From assembly GCA_051294375.1 (NCBI GenBank), contig JBJCIZ010000391.1, positions 1 through 42,077 on the forward strand: DNA of 42,077 bases, given 5' to 3'. This DNA comes from Paraspadella gotoi. Taxonomy: Eukaryota; Animalia; Chaetognatha. Shown here one piece after another: positions 13,001-23,069 of this stretch (positions within the stretch are counted from its first letter, which is position 1; each line of letters starts with the position of its first letter). A program made the position numbers and the translations under genes. The notes beneath the pieces were generated by a model that saw only the letters and a list, made by a program, of their open reading frames with translations, searched no databases and had not been told where the DNA came from.

Positions 13001-13837
13001 GTCAATCTTTGAAAAAATTGTTTTCCCCTCTAATTGTGAATTGAAATCCGTTAGAAGCTTTACCGGATAACGATCTTCTACCGTTTGGGCGTTGAGACGG
13101 CGGTAGTCGCCGCAGCAACGCCACCCGCCGTCCGGTTTTGAAACGACGTGAAGGGGAGAGGACCATTCTGACTTTCCTCTTTTCGCTATACCTAGCGAAA
13201 CCATTTTTTCAAGTTCTCGTTTAGCGACGGCGAGTTTCTCAGCATCGAGTCTGCGGGCTCGTGACTGGCATGGGCGCCCTTCAGTTGGTATCGAATGTGT
13301 TACGCCGTGTTTTGGCTCCTTGAGCTCGAATGTCGGCGTAGAGAGTGAGGGGAATGACGATAATAGCTTATAATATTTTTCTCCCTTGCGGTCGACAAAA
13401 TTCACATGAGCGGCTGTTTCGTTTGAGGTTGACGCCGCTATCGTTGATAAGTCGCGCAGGTCGATTAAGAGGCCATCTCTGTGATTTGGCGCTAGATAGT
13501 TTTCGGCTAAAAAATCGGCGCCGAGAATGTTCTGCTTGACGTCGGCGACGACGAAAGTGTAGTCGAAACTCCTGTTGCCTAATTTCACTGTTCTCTCGGT
13601 TGTGCCGTAGCAGTTAATTGAAGAGCCATTTGCTGCCTGTAATCTCATTTGCGGGTCAGCTCCGCGGCTTCGCTGCTGTGGCGTCGGTGGTATGATGGAG
13701 AGAAGAGCGCCTCCGTCTACGAGCCATTTCGTCCGGTCCCCGGCGTCTCTGATGAATATGAGATTGTTAGGCGCCGGTGAACTAGTTGACTCCTGGGGGA
13801 CGGCGTTCACCTGCGGCGCCCCCCTCTGAAGTTTTCC
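10025..13837 (-). CDS. pol: Pol polyprotein (aspartic protease, RT, RNase H, integrase, Pro/Arg-rich tail), probably expressed as Gag-Pol by -1 frameshift
   Basis: ORF 10025..13888. Motifs: LVDGGA and ILGADFL (PR); CGDYRRLN, KIDLLKGYHQI, PFGLKNA, YLDD (RT); TTDASD, YTDH, ADALSR (RH); HGLGH..CLDC, LDLV..TDRG..VERFH, YEGPF (IN). Start placed at the slippery site. Confidence 0.95.
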   Translation of the reverse strand, partial: GKLQRGAPQVNAVPQESTSSPAPNNLIFIRDAGDRTKWLVDGGALLSIIPPTPQQRSRGADPQMRLQAANGSSINCYGTTERTVKLGNRSFDYTFVVADVKQNILGADFLAENYLAPNHRDGLLIDLRDLSTIAASTSNETAAHVNFVDRKGEKYYKLLSSFPSLSTPTFELKEPKHGVTHSIPTEGRPCQSRARRLDAEKLAVAKRELEKMVSLGIAKRGKSEWSSPLHVVSKPDGGWRCCGDYRRLNAQTVEDRYPVKLLTDFNSQLEGKTIFSKIDLLKGYHQIPVNPDDVKKTAVITPFGLYVFPRCPFGLKNAGQDFQRLMDEILGDIPHTFVYLDDILVASSSPEEHMEDLERVFKALDQNGLVVNTKKCLLGQESLEFLGFLVDKNGVRPLPERVQTLKETTRPTSIKELQRFLGMINYYRRFIPRVAHRCAPLYEALSGKPKALNWTQDCEKAFEAIKEGLISAALLHHPRTGAQLCITTDASDHAVGAVLEQRGPKGWEPLAFFSAKLAKNQKLWPPFDRELFGAFRAVRHFRHWVEGRAFTLYTDHQSLVSAIRKKAEPQTVRQSYQLSVIAEFTTDVRYLKGKANVVADALSRPNIPPAATSQKEDDAATSLSNNAAAKNQQNSEKQEKGIKPNRLEDAEAVIASLTNFEIDFEQMAREQVLDQDFQRISEDARSGLTFRKIKVGDQELLADISNGPARPFVPAAWRRRIFDVMHGLGHPGIEATRKAIAAKFVWTSMRQDVTQWARNCLDCQRAKVTKHVVPEIGEFKVPARRFQHLNLDLVKMPKSNDFSHLLTIVDRFSRWPTAIPIKDTLTPTIIDALSLQWISTFGTPAIITTDRGSQFTSALWRQLMKHWGIKHQTTTAYHPQANGLVERFHRRLKESLAALAKEDKEKWFWKLPLTLLAIRTTIKEDVGASAADLVFGEGISVPGTLLGDPQLDDNALNRQRKNQLSKLRLEVARLQPTPTSAHRQPAVHLPTNLNSAKYVFIRRAGVQPTLVPPYEGPFRVVSKNGLNMTIDIPSVGRQTVNIARVKPAWVSDDEVEIDDPEPRQERQRGQRPGLRTRQPAATTRITRSKNQQAVPPPPPPSPPPPPPSLQEHPERRPVGRRPGLRTRTAPPTDRVTRSQNRRKSPPPPPPPPPPFPPTPIPIPQNQPHLPPDPPLPASPFLFPSSPSSRPPREATPQPKQRSKRNNNNNNKLENEKNEPTCRFSRPTPETSSHRPADSNNRPTYAIVLKEMLRRQQNDNNNNKNETNNKK
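13776..13837 (-). promoter_or_regulatory. -1 ribosomal frameshift signal (G GAA AAC, 6-nt spacer, putative H-type pseudoknot)
   Basis: pol is in the -1 frame relative to gag. Stem GGGGGGCG/CGUCCCCC; loop GGUGAAC is complementary to downstream GUUCACC. Confidence 0.7.
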
Positions 13838-14886
13838 TCTTTTTTCTTTGTGTCTTCGAATTTTGCGCAACCTGGTTCGCAGGACCATGCATTGTCGCCG
13901 AATTTGACATGCTTAGCGCATAGCGTGAGGAGCCTGGCTTTGCCTTTTCCTTTCGCGGTCTGATTCGGGCGCCGTTTGGCGCCGGCGTTCCTTCGAGGGC
14001 GAGTGTCGACGGCGTTGATCGCCTCCTCAACTTCTGATTCGGTGTCGGAAGGTTCCTGTCGATTCTTGTCGACGTTGCTTACGAGCGAGGCTGTCTGGCG
14101 GAGCTTAAGATTACCATCGTTATCGTAGTGACGATCTGCTAACTGGCAGAGTGCATCCGCTGACAGGTCGTCGGCTTTGTCCTCTAATTGACGCCGGATT
14201 TCCATGGGCAATTCGCGAAGGATTTTTTCTTTGCGGATGTCATCAAGAGTGAGAGTCCGAGTCTTCTCTTCCAATTGCGCAAGCATCTTTGACGGCTTGT
14301 TGCCGTCGATGTCGAGGGCGTCAAGGATATTTGCGGCTTGCTGGCGCCGCGTTAGACCGTATTCTTTCTGCAGATATCTGATGAATTGGCTCCATGATTC
14401 GTCGCTTGTTTCGCCGAACAAAAATTGGTTGATCTTCGGATCAACATTGATCCCGATTTTGCTTTCGAGATGGGCGAATTTACTCTTGGCGGCGCTGATC
14501 CCGGCGCGGGTGTAAGCCGCCTCTACCCGCTTAATCCAGATTTCAATATTGCTGACGTCGAAAGCGGGGAGGTCAGGCTTACGGTTGGAAGCCCGTTCGA
14601 GGGCTCGCGTTGCCGCGGCGAGTGCGGCGCGCAGCTCCACGTTTTCCTCTTGAATATTTCGATCGATGGCGCCGTTGGTCGCCATGACGGCGTCCTCGAA
14701 GTGGTCAGCGTCGTTTGAAGGAAAATCGAAGGTCGGTGGCGGGTTGGGGGCCGCCGGTGAGATGGATCTGGACCGTTGGCCTCTGCCAAAACCAATAGGA
14801 AGCTGCAGGCGCGTCGCCTCGAGTTGCTGATCGTCGGCGTCGCGATGTGCGGAGCGTAGTCTCGAACGAAGGTCGGAAACGCTCAT
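13807..14886 (-). CDS. gag: Gag protein (359 aa from ATG at 14886) with CHCC zinc knuckle
   Basis: LPAFDVSNIEIWIKRVEA capsid-like start; CAKHVKFGDNAWSCEPGC knuckle. ATG chosen by homology with element 2 (MSxSDLRSRLRSAH). Confidence 0.9.
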   Translation of the reverse strand: MSVSDLRSRLRSAHRDADDQQLEATRLQLPIGFGRGQRSRSISPAAPNPPPTFDFPSNDADHFEDAVMATNGAIDRNIQEENVELRAALAAATRALERASNRKPDLPAFDVSNIEIWIKRVEAAYTRAGISAAKSKFAHLESKIGINVDPKINQFLFGETSDESWSQFIRYLQKEYGLTRRQQAANILDALDIDGNKPSKMLAQLEEKTRTLTLDDIRKEKILRELPMEIRRQLEDKADDLSADALCQLADRHYDNDGNLKLRQTASLVSNVDKNRQEPSDTESEVEEAINAVDTRPRRNAGAKRRPNQTAKGKGKARLLTLCAKHVKFGDNAWSCEPGCAKFEDTKKKEENFRGGRRR

Positions 14887-15057
14887 GAGGGCGCTGTCTT
14901 GAACTCCGTCGGATTGTAGGGCGTGTGGAGAGTGGGGAATGAAAAGCAAAAGCGTGAGCGGATTGGGCGCTTAGCTTAATCCCAAATTCTTTGCCCAATC
15001 TTACCTCAGGGAAAACTTGTCTTCATGTCGACTCTCCTTTTGAAGGTTGGGTTTGCT

Positions 15058-15073
15058 CGTCGTGGTTTCACCA
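15058..15073 (-). promoter_or_regulatory. Primer binding site, degenerate tRNA-Trp-like
   Basis: TGGTGAAACCACGACG directly after the 5' LTR; compare the tRNA-Trp complement TGGTGACCCCGACG. Confidence 0.65.
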
Positions 15074-15115
15074 TGTGTGGCAAGGCATCGGATGTTCACC
15101 ACAGCGTGACAGAGA
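15074..15115 (-). repeat. 5' LTR of element 1, PBS-proximal 42-bp piece
   Basis: Identical to 9304-9345, then breaks abruptly into a noisy AG repeat. Confidence 0.9.
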
Positions 15116-16339
15116 AGAGAGTAGAGAGAGAGAGAGAGGAGAGAGAGAGAGTAGAGCAGAGAGAGAGAAGATGAGACGCGAGAGAGAAGCTAAAAGGAGG
15201 TGAGAAGGGCGTTTGCGATCAATCACTCATCAGTCAAAGGCTAGAGGGAAAGACGCGAATATACGCGCTCCGAGAGATTTTTTCGCCGTGAAGTATGAGG
15301 GGCGTCGTCGCTGGTCAGAGGCGGGGTTGGGGGGGGGGGTGGGGGAGATTGCGCTATGGAGGCGGCGAGGTGAAGAGCAAGAGATTTACTGGGAGATTCG
15401 TAACGAGAAGTGAGCTTTATTAAAAATGGTATTTAAAAATAAATCTAATAAATAAAGTAAAAGAAATATATAATTTTTTAAAATTGGTTGTTTTTAGTAA
15501 CGTCAAATTCAGATAAAGGAAATCATTCAAGATTTTCTTTATTTTTTTGTCAGGGAGAAAATCGAAATAAAAGTCTTCGTTGACAACTGAAAGAGGATAT
15601 CGGTCTTCAAACTAGGAAGACGAATGAGATGACCCTTGAATTAATCAGGAATCGTTAAAGAATGGCGTCATTAAAAGATGAGCATATCACACAGCTGGCC
15701 TCACGAAAAAGAGAGCAAATGAGGCATCAATAATGGCATTTCCTCCATAGTGTATCGCTGGAACGCAAACAAAATGACCCGAAAATTAATCTAATATAGA
15801 AGTAGAAGAAGTCCGTTGGCGATGGTCCCTTAACCGTCGGTCGTTTGCTTGCGCGGAGGAATAAAAGAACTTGGAGTTTAAGGGGATAGCTGTATCGTGT
15901 GGAAGATAATTGAAAAAAAGAGTTCATTGGGAAAATTAAAAAATAAATATTTTAAAGTTTATTAATCTTTTGTTTAAATAATCATGCAAACACGAGGAAT
16001 GAAACCCGGAAAACAGAGGAAAGGTATTAAGGAAGAGGATTCGCGGAAGAGGAAAGAAGAGTTACTGGAAACGATTTCGAACGGGAATTTTTGGAAGCCC
16101 TCAAATCCAGAAAAAGGAACAATACTTTCGGAAGAGGAAAAGAAGGTTCCAGAAGAGGAAGAGGAGGGTTTCCGGAAGAGGAATCTGGCTTTCGTCCACT
16201 TGCCATTTAATAGCCTCTGTTTCTTGCTTTGATTCACCTCTGTCCTGAAAATTGACGACCGTCTTCATGTACTTATTTTCTGAGATAAAATTCCACTTTT
16301 GGTTCATATCGAAATCCCTGTCCTGTTTTATCTTAAATG

Positions 16340-16382
16340 TGGTGCAGCGGTGGGAATTCGAACCCACGCCTCCGAAGAGACT
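16340..16382 (-). pseudogene. tRNA-Leu 3' fragment (variable arm, T arm, acceptor strand) ending in CCA
   Basis: Minus strand AGTCTCTTCGGAGGCGTGGGTTCGAATTCCCACCGCTGCACCA matches the eukaryotic tRNA-Leu 3' half; the 5' half is absent. Confidence 0.8.
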
Positions 16383-16982
16383 TAAAATGATAATAATAAA
16401 GACATACTGATGAAAGGCAATATTTAGTCAAAATCGCGTTTTTCGATAAGAACATAATAACAGCGCAAAGTAAATAACAAGCGCCAGGCCACTAAGACGA
16501 TTGGCCAGAGTCCTCAATCGAGTCAATACGCTGGCTAATTCATCCCACCGAACGCGCGAAAGGCAGAGGAATATTGGTTTCTGATTCGACCATCGGCAAC
16601 CGGAAGCGAAAATGTTCCGCAGCGGACTTTAGGAGAAATCGGGAGAATTTGGTGGTGGTTCTCGCGGCATAAAATCCACGGAAGTCGAAACGCGTGAAAA
16701 TCAGCCCTTCGCGGAAGAGGTGGTTAGGGCAGAAATGGTGAAGCGATATCGGGGGAAATGATCTATCGCGGGGGGTTTAACAACGAGGTAGGGAAGGAGA
16801 GGGAAGGGGGGGGCTGTGGAGCGGGGGCGAAAGGGGGCAGGGGAGAAAGGGAGGGGGGCGAAGGAGAATATGATTTATTAGTCACCCAGGTGATTTCATG
16901 AAGAAGCAGAAAATGTTTTAAATCGACGATTGACGTCAACGACACGAGCGTGAAGGGAAAGTGCGGATTAGGATCAGAGATG

Positions 16983-17037
16983 AATCTCATGTGGAGATCT
17001 GATGTGGAGATCTGATGTGGAATCTGATGTGGAAGAT
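16983..17037. repeat. 13-bp tandem repeat (ATCTGATGTGGAG) x ~4
   Basis: Seen directly. Confidence 0.75.
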
Positions 17038-17199
17038 AATTTTGTTTGAAAATCAGGGAAATTTGCGTGAAAAATGGTTTTGGTAAGTAATAGTACGTAA
17101 TAGTAAGAATTGTTATTTCCCGTTTTAAAAATATTAGAAAATATAGAATCATACATTTTCTTCAGCCTGAAGGGAAGTAAAAGGGAACGAAAAGGGATG

Positions 17200-17400
17200 A
17201 AAAAGGGTAGGAAAAATGGAAAGGGACGGAACGGCTCGATGAAGTAAAAAGGATGAGGGTAAAAAATGGAAAGGGAGCGGAACAGAACTCGAGAGAGTAA
17301 AAAGTATGCCAAAAGGTAAAAAATGGAAAGGAGACGGAAATTCTGTGCTCGATGATGAGTAAAAGAGATAGTGGCTAGGAAATGGAAAGTGGAGGGATTA
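17200..17400. repeat. Degenerate ~55-bp purine-rich minisatellite x ~4
   Basis: aaatggaaag(g)g...ctcga...gtaaaa recurs at about 17213, 17263, 17320 and 17380. Confidence 0.6.
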
Positions 17401-18744
17401 CGGCCGCGAAGGAATGTAAATAGGGATGAAAGGATGAATTAAGGCTTAAGAGTCCGAGCGACATAAGGACTTGTTAATCTGCATTATTGCATGATTTAGA
17501 TGAACGAACTTTTCTGGTCGATGAAAATCCTATTCCTGCGAGTCGTTTTGAGTCATGGCCATAAAGAGGCAGAGTCGAGATGGCAGATTAAGGGACACAG
17601 AGTCGAAATGGCAAACGAAGGATTGAGAGAGAGAAGAACTGAAAAATTAATTTGGTGTACAATTAGATCGTAGAAAATTGGAGACTTCACGACAATAATA
17701 AGAGAATTAACAGCCTCCGAAGTTGTTTTTATTCTAATCTTATTCAGAAATTCGTTTCTTTTCCCAAAATAAAAATTAAATGACCTTTTCAAAATGGCGG
17801 TGAAAATTATAACAGTTGGTGTGTAGATGGTGCGGCCCCGAACGAGCATTTTTGAGAAACTATACTTACTGTTTTTTCTTCGAGTTTTTAAAGAAGAAGA
17901 CGTTTTTTGAATAGTATATCTTGGCTTGATGTAGAAACTCCAACTTCCTGTCATTTAACAAGTTCTGAGCAAATCGTATTTTTCATCTTAAAATTGATTC
18001 GAATCTGTTTGTGCATTTTAGAAATGATTCTTCTCGCTTAATAACACAAAGGGTGAGCTGGCACCAGCATCTCTTTGAACACATAATAGGAGTCGAAAAA
18101 AGAGACAATGTTTTAACGTATCTTGCCCTTGCTTGTTCGGTCGCTAATTCGAGTGGAATCGTCGCAGAAGAACCTAGTGCCGTTGTTTGGCGGTTACATC
18201 TTCATATCAGATTTCTGCCGACAAAAAAATAACGTATTCAGGGCCTAGTTTTCGCGTTCGGCGCAACCTTGAAATAAACGCATCGGAGACATGGTTATGC
18301 ATTCCGTTGTTTTACTCGGTAATTTCTTTGCCGGCGTGGGTGGTGGTTTTGCTTTGTTGGGCGATCGATATATGTGCGGGTGGTGGCGTTGAGCTGGTTG
18401 CGTTGGGTGTTCTGCTTGTTCGTCATTGGCGCATAGGTGGCACGTGGCCTGCTTTTCTGTTGTTTTCGCTGGGCGTGGGGGATATTGTGTGGTTCGCTTT
18501 CGTGCGATCGGGTGGTTTGGACTGAGCAGTATCGTGATCGGTAATTGGTCCTGGAATTAGGATCTGTGCACGTGGTCAGACTATCCCTCTGGCCAACACC
18601 CTTGGCTTTCTCGCCGCTTCCCTGAACTCTGGATCTTCGATCGAGGTTGCATGTGTTGCCTTTTGGGGATTTACGCCATAATCCCCTTTCTGTCGCGTGG
18701 AGGCAAACAAATATAATGTTATTTTTCGAGAGGCCAGAAAAGAA

Positions 18745-19810
18745 AAGAAAACAGAGCAAGAGGGGGAGCAGGGGAATCGAGGGAGGAGAGGATGTAGAGA
18801 GAGAGAGAGAGAGATTTTGGAGCAGAGAGAGCAGTTATTGAGTGAGGCCGAGAGCCAGATGAGACGCAGGAGAGAGAAGACTAGCAATTTACTCAGACGT
18901 TATATTTTGAAAGGACTGAATATTCTTCTTGTCGAGAGAAAACACGTCTCTCCGCGCCTTTCTTTTATACAACACACAACACTATATCTATCACATTTCT
19001 GCTCTCTCGTCTCCCACAAGTGCTCTCTGCTCTTCTCTCTCTCGTCTCGTTTGGCCTTCTCTTGCACTGTGCTCGTCCTCGTCTCGTGCTGCTCGTCTCT
19101 CTTCGTTCGCTTCGTCTTCAGAGATTGCCCGTCCGCGAATCGAATAGACTAGTGACCATTGGATCTCGCTGGGCTAACCATAGCGAGCATACTGTAGTGC
19201 ACCTTCTGTCTCTGCGCCGTTGGCTACAGTCTCTCTCTCTCTCTCAATCTTCTCGATCTTTCTCACTCGCCTCTCTCGTCTCCCTATCGTCTTCATCATC
19301 ATCCATCCTCGCGAGGGTCTCTCTCTCATTCTGTTTTTTTATTCTTTCTTTTCGTAATTTTCTGTCGTTCTGTTTCTACTCTTTGTATCTCGAATGAATT
19401 GAGTATTTTAACTATCCTTCCCTTTTCTTTCTTGAATTTTTTCTATTGCCGCTCTCGTTTCTCTCTCTCTCTCCCTTCGTCTCTCTCTCTCTCTCGTCTC
19501 TCTCTTCTCTCGTCTCTCGTCTGGTCTTGCTGTGGCTCCTCGGTCTCTCTCTCTCATCTCTCTGTTTCCTGAGTAGTTCTAATATCATCCGCTCTTTCGT
19601 CCATTCTACGGACGTGAAAGAGGAGGGGCTCGCGAACGCAACGTCTACACGCAAATGGCGTCAGAGAATCAAGAATCATTTTGTTCAGGAGAGGAGGACG
19701 CAGAGAAGAGAGTAGAGGAAGAGAGAGAGAGACGAGAGAGAGAGTGTAGCACGTTGGAGGAGATGAGGACGCCGAGAGAGAGAGAGAGCGAAGAGAGAGA
19801 GAGAGAAGAG
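18745..19810. repeat. Cluster of (AG)n/(CT)n low-complexity tracts
   Basis: Multiple degenerate AG and CT runs in both orientations. Confidence 0.7.
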
Positions 19811-22459
19811 TCACAGGAGAATATCTGTACTGGGAGATAGTTGGTGTCATTGAGTAGTGTAGTTTCCTGGGATCTTTCCGCACGATACACAAACGCCTTG
19901 CCAGTTCCAATGGGCGGAGGATGGAGCGATTCATCTTCGCCGGGGCATTTACCTTCTCTCTTTCAAGTAGATTTACTCCCTTCTGCCAGAATAAATGTTA
20001 TACCGCTGCGGGTCGTATTTGACTTTACAGGAAGGTTGTCAATCTTGGCTCTTCGTGATTAACTCTTGACCACGACAGCAGAAGGATGAGACCTTGAAGT
20101 GTCGATCCGACAAAAGGTCCACAGAGACACTAAAAATGGTACACTGTAAGCTGTGTCAGAGATAGCGAGTGATAAACAAGATAGACACTTGAGAGAGCGA
20201 GGCATTTGCAGGCACGTAATTCCTTTGACGCTTATTCCCTTCGATCTGTGCGTATTAATGGATTACGTTAAAGTTTTACACACCCGGCATATTTCACAAA
20301 GTGGGAAAAATACGAAATAAACCAGTGACTCCATGGCTCTTATATCTCCATCCGGTAATGGGCTCTCGGTTCGCGTTGCAAGTTTTGTTTAAAATAAACT
20401 GTGGTGAGCTACACCTTTCGGTCACTTGTCAATCTTTAAGATTTGTTATTTTTTTGTTACGTGTTGACTGTGTGAAAATTTTTACCATGTTTGCTGGAGT
20501 AGACTTATATCATTATTATATTTAATTTGTATTGTTGGTATTATCAGGAGCAGTTACAAAATGTTTGGTTTTCAAAAGTGGTATTCGGGCTGCAAAAAAA
20601 CGAAGAAAACCACGCAAGTAATTTGCCTGCCAACGTGATTGAGTCTTCTCCGTGTGGCGGAAATACACGGTAACGACCAGACGGACGGGGAAACGTTGAA
20701 GCAACGATTCGACTGACGACCAACCCTGTTACGACGACTGTACGAGACGACGAGCACGACGAACGTACATGGGTGCACGAGACGACGACGTATGTGTTAC
20801 GACTTGGACGACGTACTGACGACGTACGGACGTGGGGTTCGTACGGCCTGATGGGCGAATCCTGTAAGACCGGGAGTGAAACGGACGAACGACCGCGTAA
20901 ACCGAAAATAAAGCGGCCACGTCATTCGCGTATGTATGTGGGCTGTTTCGGTTTTCTGTATATATGTTTACGAGGGATAAATATGCGCCGGCTCGACCTC
21001 ACGACTGCGAAAGGTGGCTCCTCGTTTCTGCTGAGACGACGTCGGAGACTGTGGCGCCGGAGACGACGCCGAGATTCTCCGAGGCGAAGACCAAACAGGC
21101 ACAATTAACTAACGACGACACTACTTTCGCTGGCGAAGATGATACTGGACGACGAGTGCTCTGCTCTATTTGAAGGGCCTGGCCCCCGGAAAGAGAGTGT
21201 GTATTTTTCGGTAGCCCCTGGGTTCCAGGTCCGGGTTGCAAACATGAGTCGTTTCTGGTCTGTCGTCGGTACGGCGCGAGAGCGCGAGTTTTTGCTGCGG
21301 CGAGGCGAGGCAGGAAAAAGCAAAGTGACGGTGCCGCAGCGGCGAACCGTCGGAGGGTTCGCTCGTTACCGCTTTTGAGATTAAAAGACGATGGCGAACA
21401 ATCCACGACGATCGATGAAAGACGAAGATTCTTCTCAGGTTCGAACCCCCGAAGCCACTTTTCGCGCCATCACAACAGACGGAACGAACAAAGCGACTGA
21501 TGCTCTAGGGTCGTTGGTCGTTGTTATTGTTATTTCTGGCACTCCTGTATACTATTCTGGAGGAAAGCCGAGTAGCTGCTAGGGAAAAAGGAATAGGGAA
21601 AAAAAGAAGGACTAATAATATTTAGTAATTTCAAATTAATAATTCAACTACCTTAAAAATGAAACTTGCTACTCTCAGGACTCGCGTGGTCGAGAGTGAC
21701 GCATCTGTAGTGAATAAATAAAACAGGAGCCTTTGAGGCTCCGCGATCTCGAGGGGGTGACGTGGGACGTTGCGCCGCTGAACGGAGAACGTCAAGCCTT
21801 ACGCCACGGATCGCGACTTCGACGAACCGATGTGCTCTTGACGACGACGGACGACGACGACACGAGAACAGCGCGCGCTTCGGGATACCACGGCATCTCA
21901 TATTATTCTGAGTTAAAGATAATGCTATCAAATGCGCTACTTTTTCTTTGCGCCTGCGTGATATTACTCACTGAGGTCTTTCGGCCACGTACCGATGAAA
22001 GGTAGGGACGACGACGAGTGCGACGTGAGGACTAAGAGAGAGAAACGAAACTAATCGGAACGTTGGGCGAACCGCTAGGCGAAAGAATCAACTCCGTAGA
22101 AAATTGATGTTATCGAGTAAACACAAAATCAGCACACCTCAGTAGAGGCAAAGTTTAAGTGAGATTATAGCGCGGGTAAATGATCTATAGTAAAAACCAA
22201 CAACGATGACAAACAACGGGATGCGGAAGATGTTTTTGGAAGGAACGGAGTTTCCTTTACGTCTCGTTCTTTCTCTCTCTCTCTCTCTCCTTCTCTCTCT
22301 CTCTCTCTCTCCTCCTCTCCTCTCTCTCTTTCCTTCACGTCTATTACGTTTTTCATCTTCTTTTTCCTTCATATCACATCCTCCCCCCAACTTTAAACGG
22401 TTTTTTCCTCCGTCGCATTTCTCTCTCTCTCTCTCATCTCTCTCTCCTCGTCGTTCTGC

Positions 22460-23023
22460 TCTCTCTCATCTCTCACATCATTTTTCTCCACTCTTTTTTA
22501 TGGATTCGATCTGGAATTATGACGAACACGAACTCACAACTACAGGGTGTACGAACAAAAAACGACTTATTTTTTTTTTAACAAGTAAAATTCCTAAAAG
22601 CCAACTTCCTAAATTAATAAATATGCAAAGTTACTTTTTATTTTATTTCAATTTTTCGCAAGTTCCTTCTTTAAAAACGTTTTCATTGTATTGATGTCAA
22701 AAGTCAGTAAATGTTTTTCATCAACTAGACTATTTAAAACAATATACATACAAAGACCAATTTTTTCAAGTAATACAAGCTAAATTAACATTTATAAACG
22801 TCAATGTCCTTATATTCGTAATTATTTAGTTTAAGATTGATAAGTTTTACGACACAAATCATTGTCAAACAAAAATCGACAATTAAAAAAACAACGGGAA
22901 CAGAGAACAAAAACCGCAGCTGCCCTCAGCGAATGTGTTGATTGGTGAAAAAAATGGGAGAGTCCGAATAAATTCATTAATAAAAGAAAGACAGATAGAG
23001 AGCGAGAGGGTGTCTGGTGGGTT

Positions 23024-23069
<46 letters not shown>

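Larger units (their letters stand above)
9304..15115 (-). mobile_element. Ty3/Gypsy LTR retrotransposon, element 1 (CsRn1/Kabuki-like); remainder of its 5' LTR displaced to 23438-23881
   Basis: On the plus strand: LTR, PPT, pol, gag, PBS, LTR. Intact gag and pol; Cx2Hx9Cx3C knuckle; PR-RT-RH-IN order. Confidence 0.95.

Noticed and set aside
13838-13888. ATG start of pol at 13888
   Set aside because: It lies upstream of the slippery site and yields no equivalent open start in element 2; frameshift expression is more parsimonious.
10035-14718. Plus-strand ORFs overlapping gag/pol (likewise 30775-35686)
   Set aside because: Antisense shadows of GC-rich coding sequence; boundaries are not conserved between the two elements.
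15570-18720. Coding-like patches, possibly non-LTR, Penelope or viral remnants
   Set aside because: No diagnostic motif recovered by eye in error-prone sequence; needs a frameshift-aware search.
21304-21321. GEAGKS as a Walker A motif
   Set aside because: Lacks the GxxxxGKS spacing and any Walker B context.
22541-22560. TACAGGGTG, a Tc1/mariner-like TIR start (also at about 36595)
   Set aside because: No matching CACCCTGTA end found nearby.
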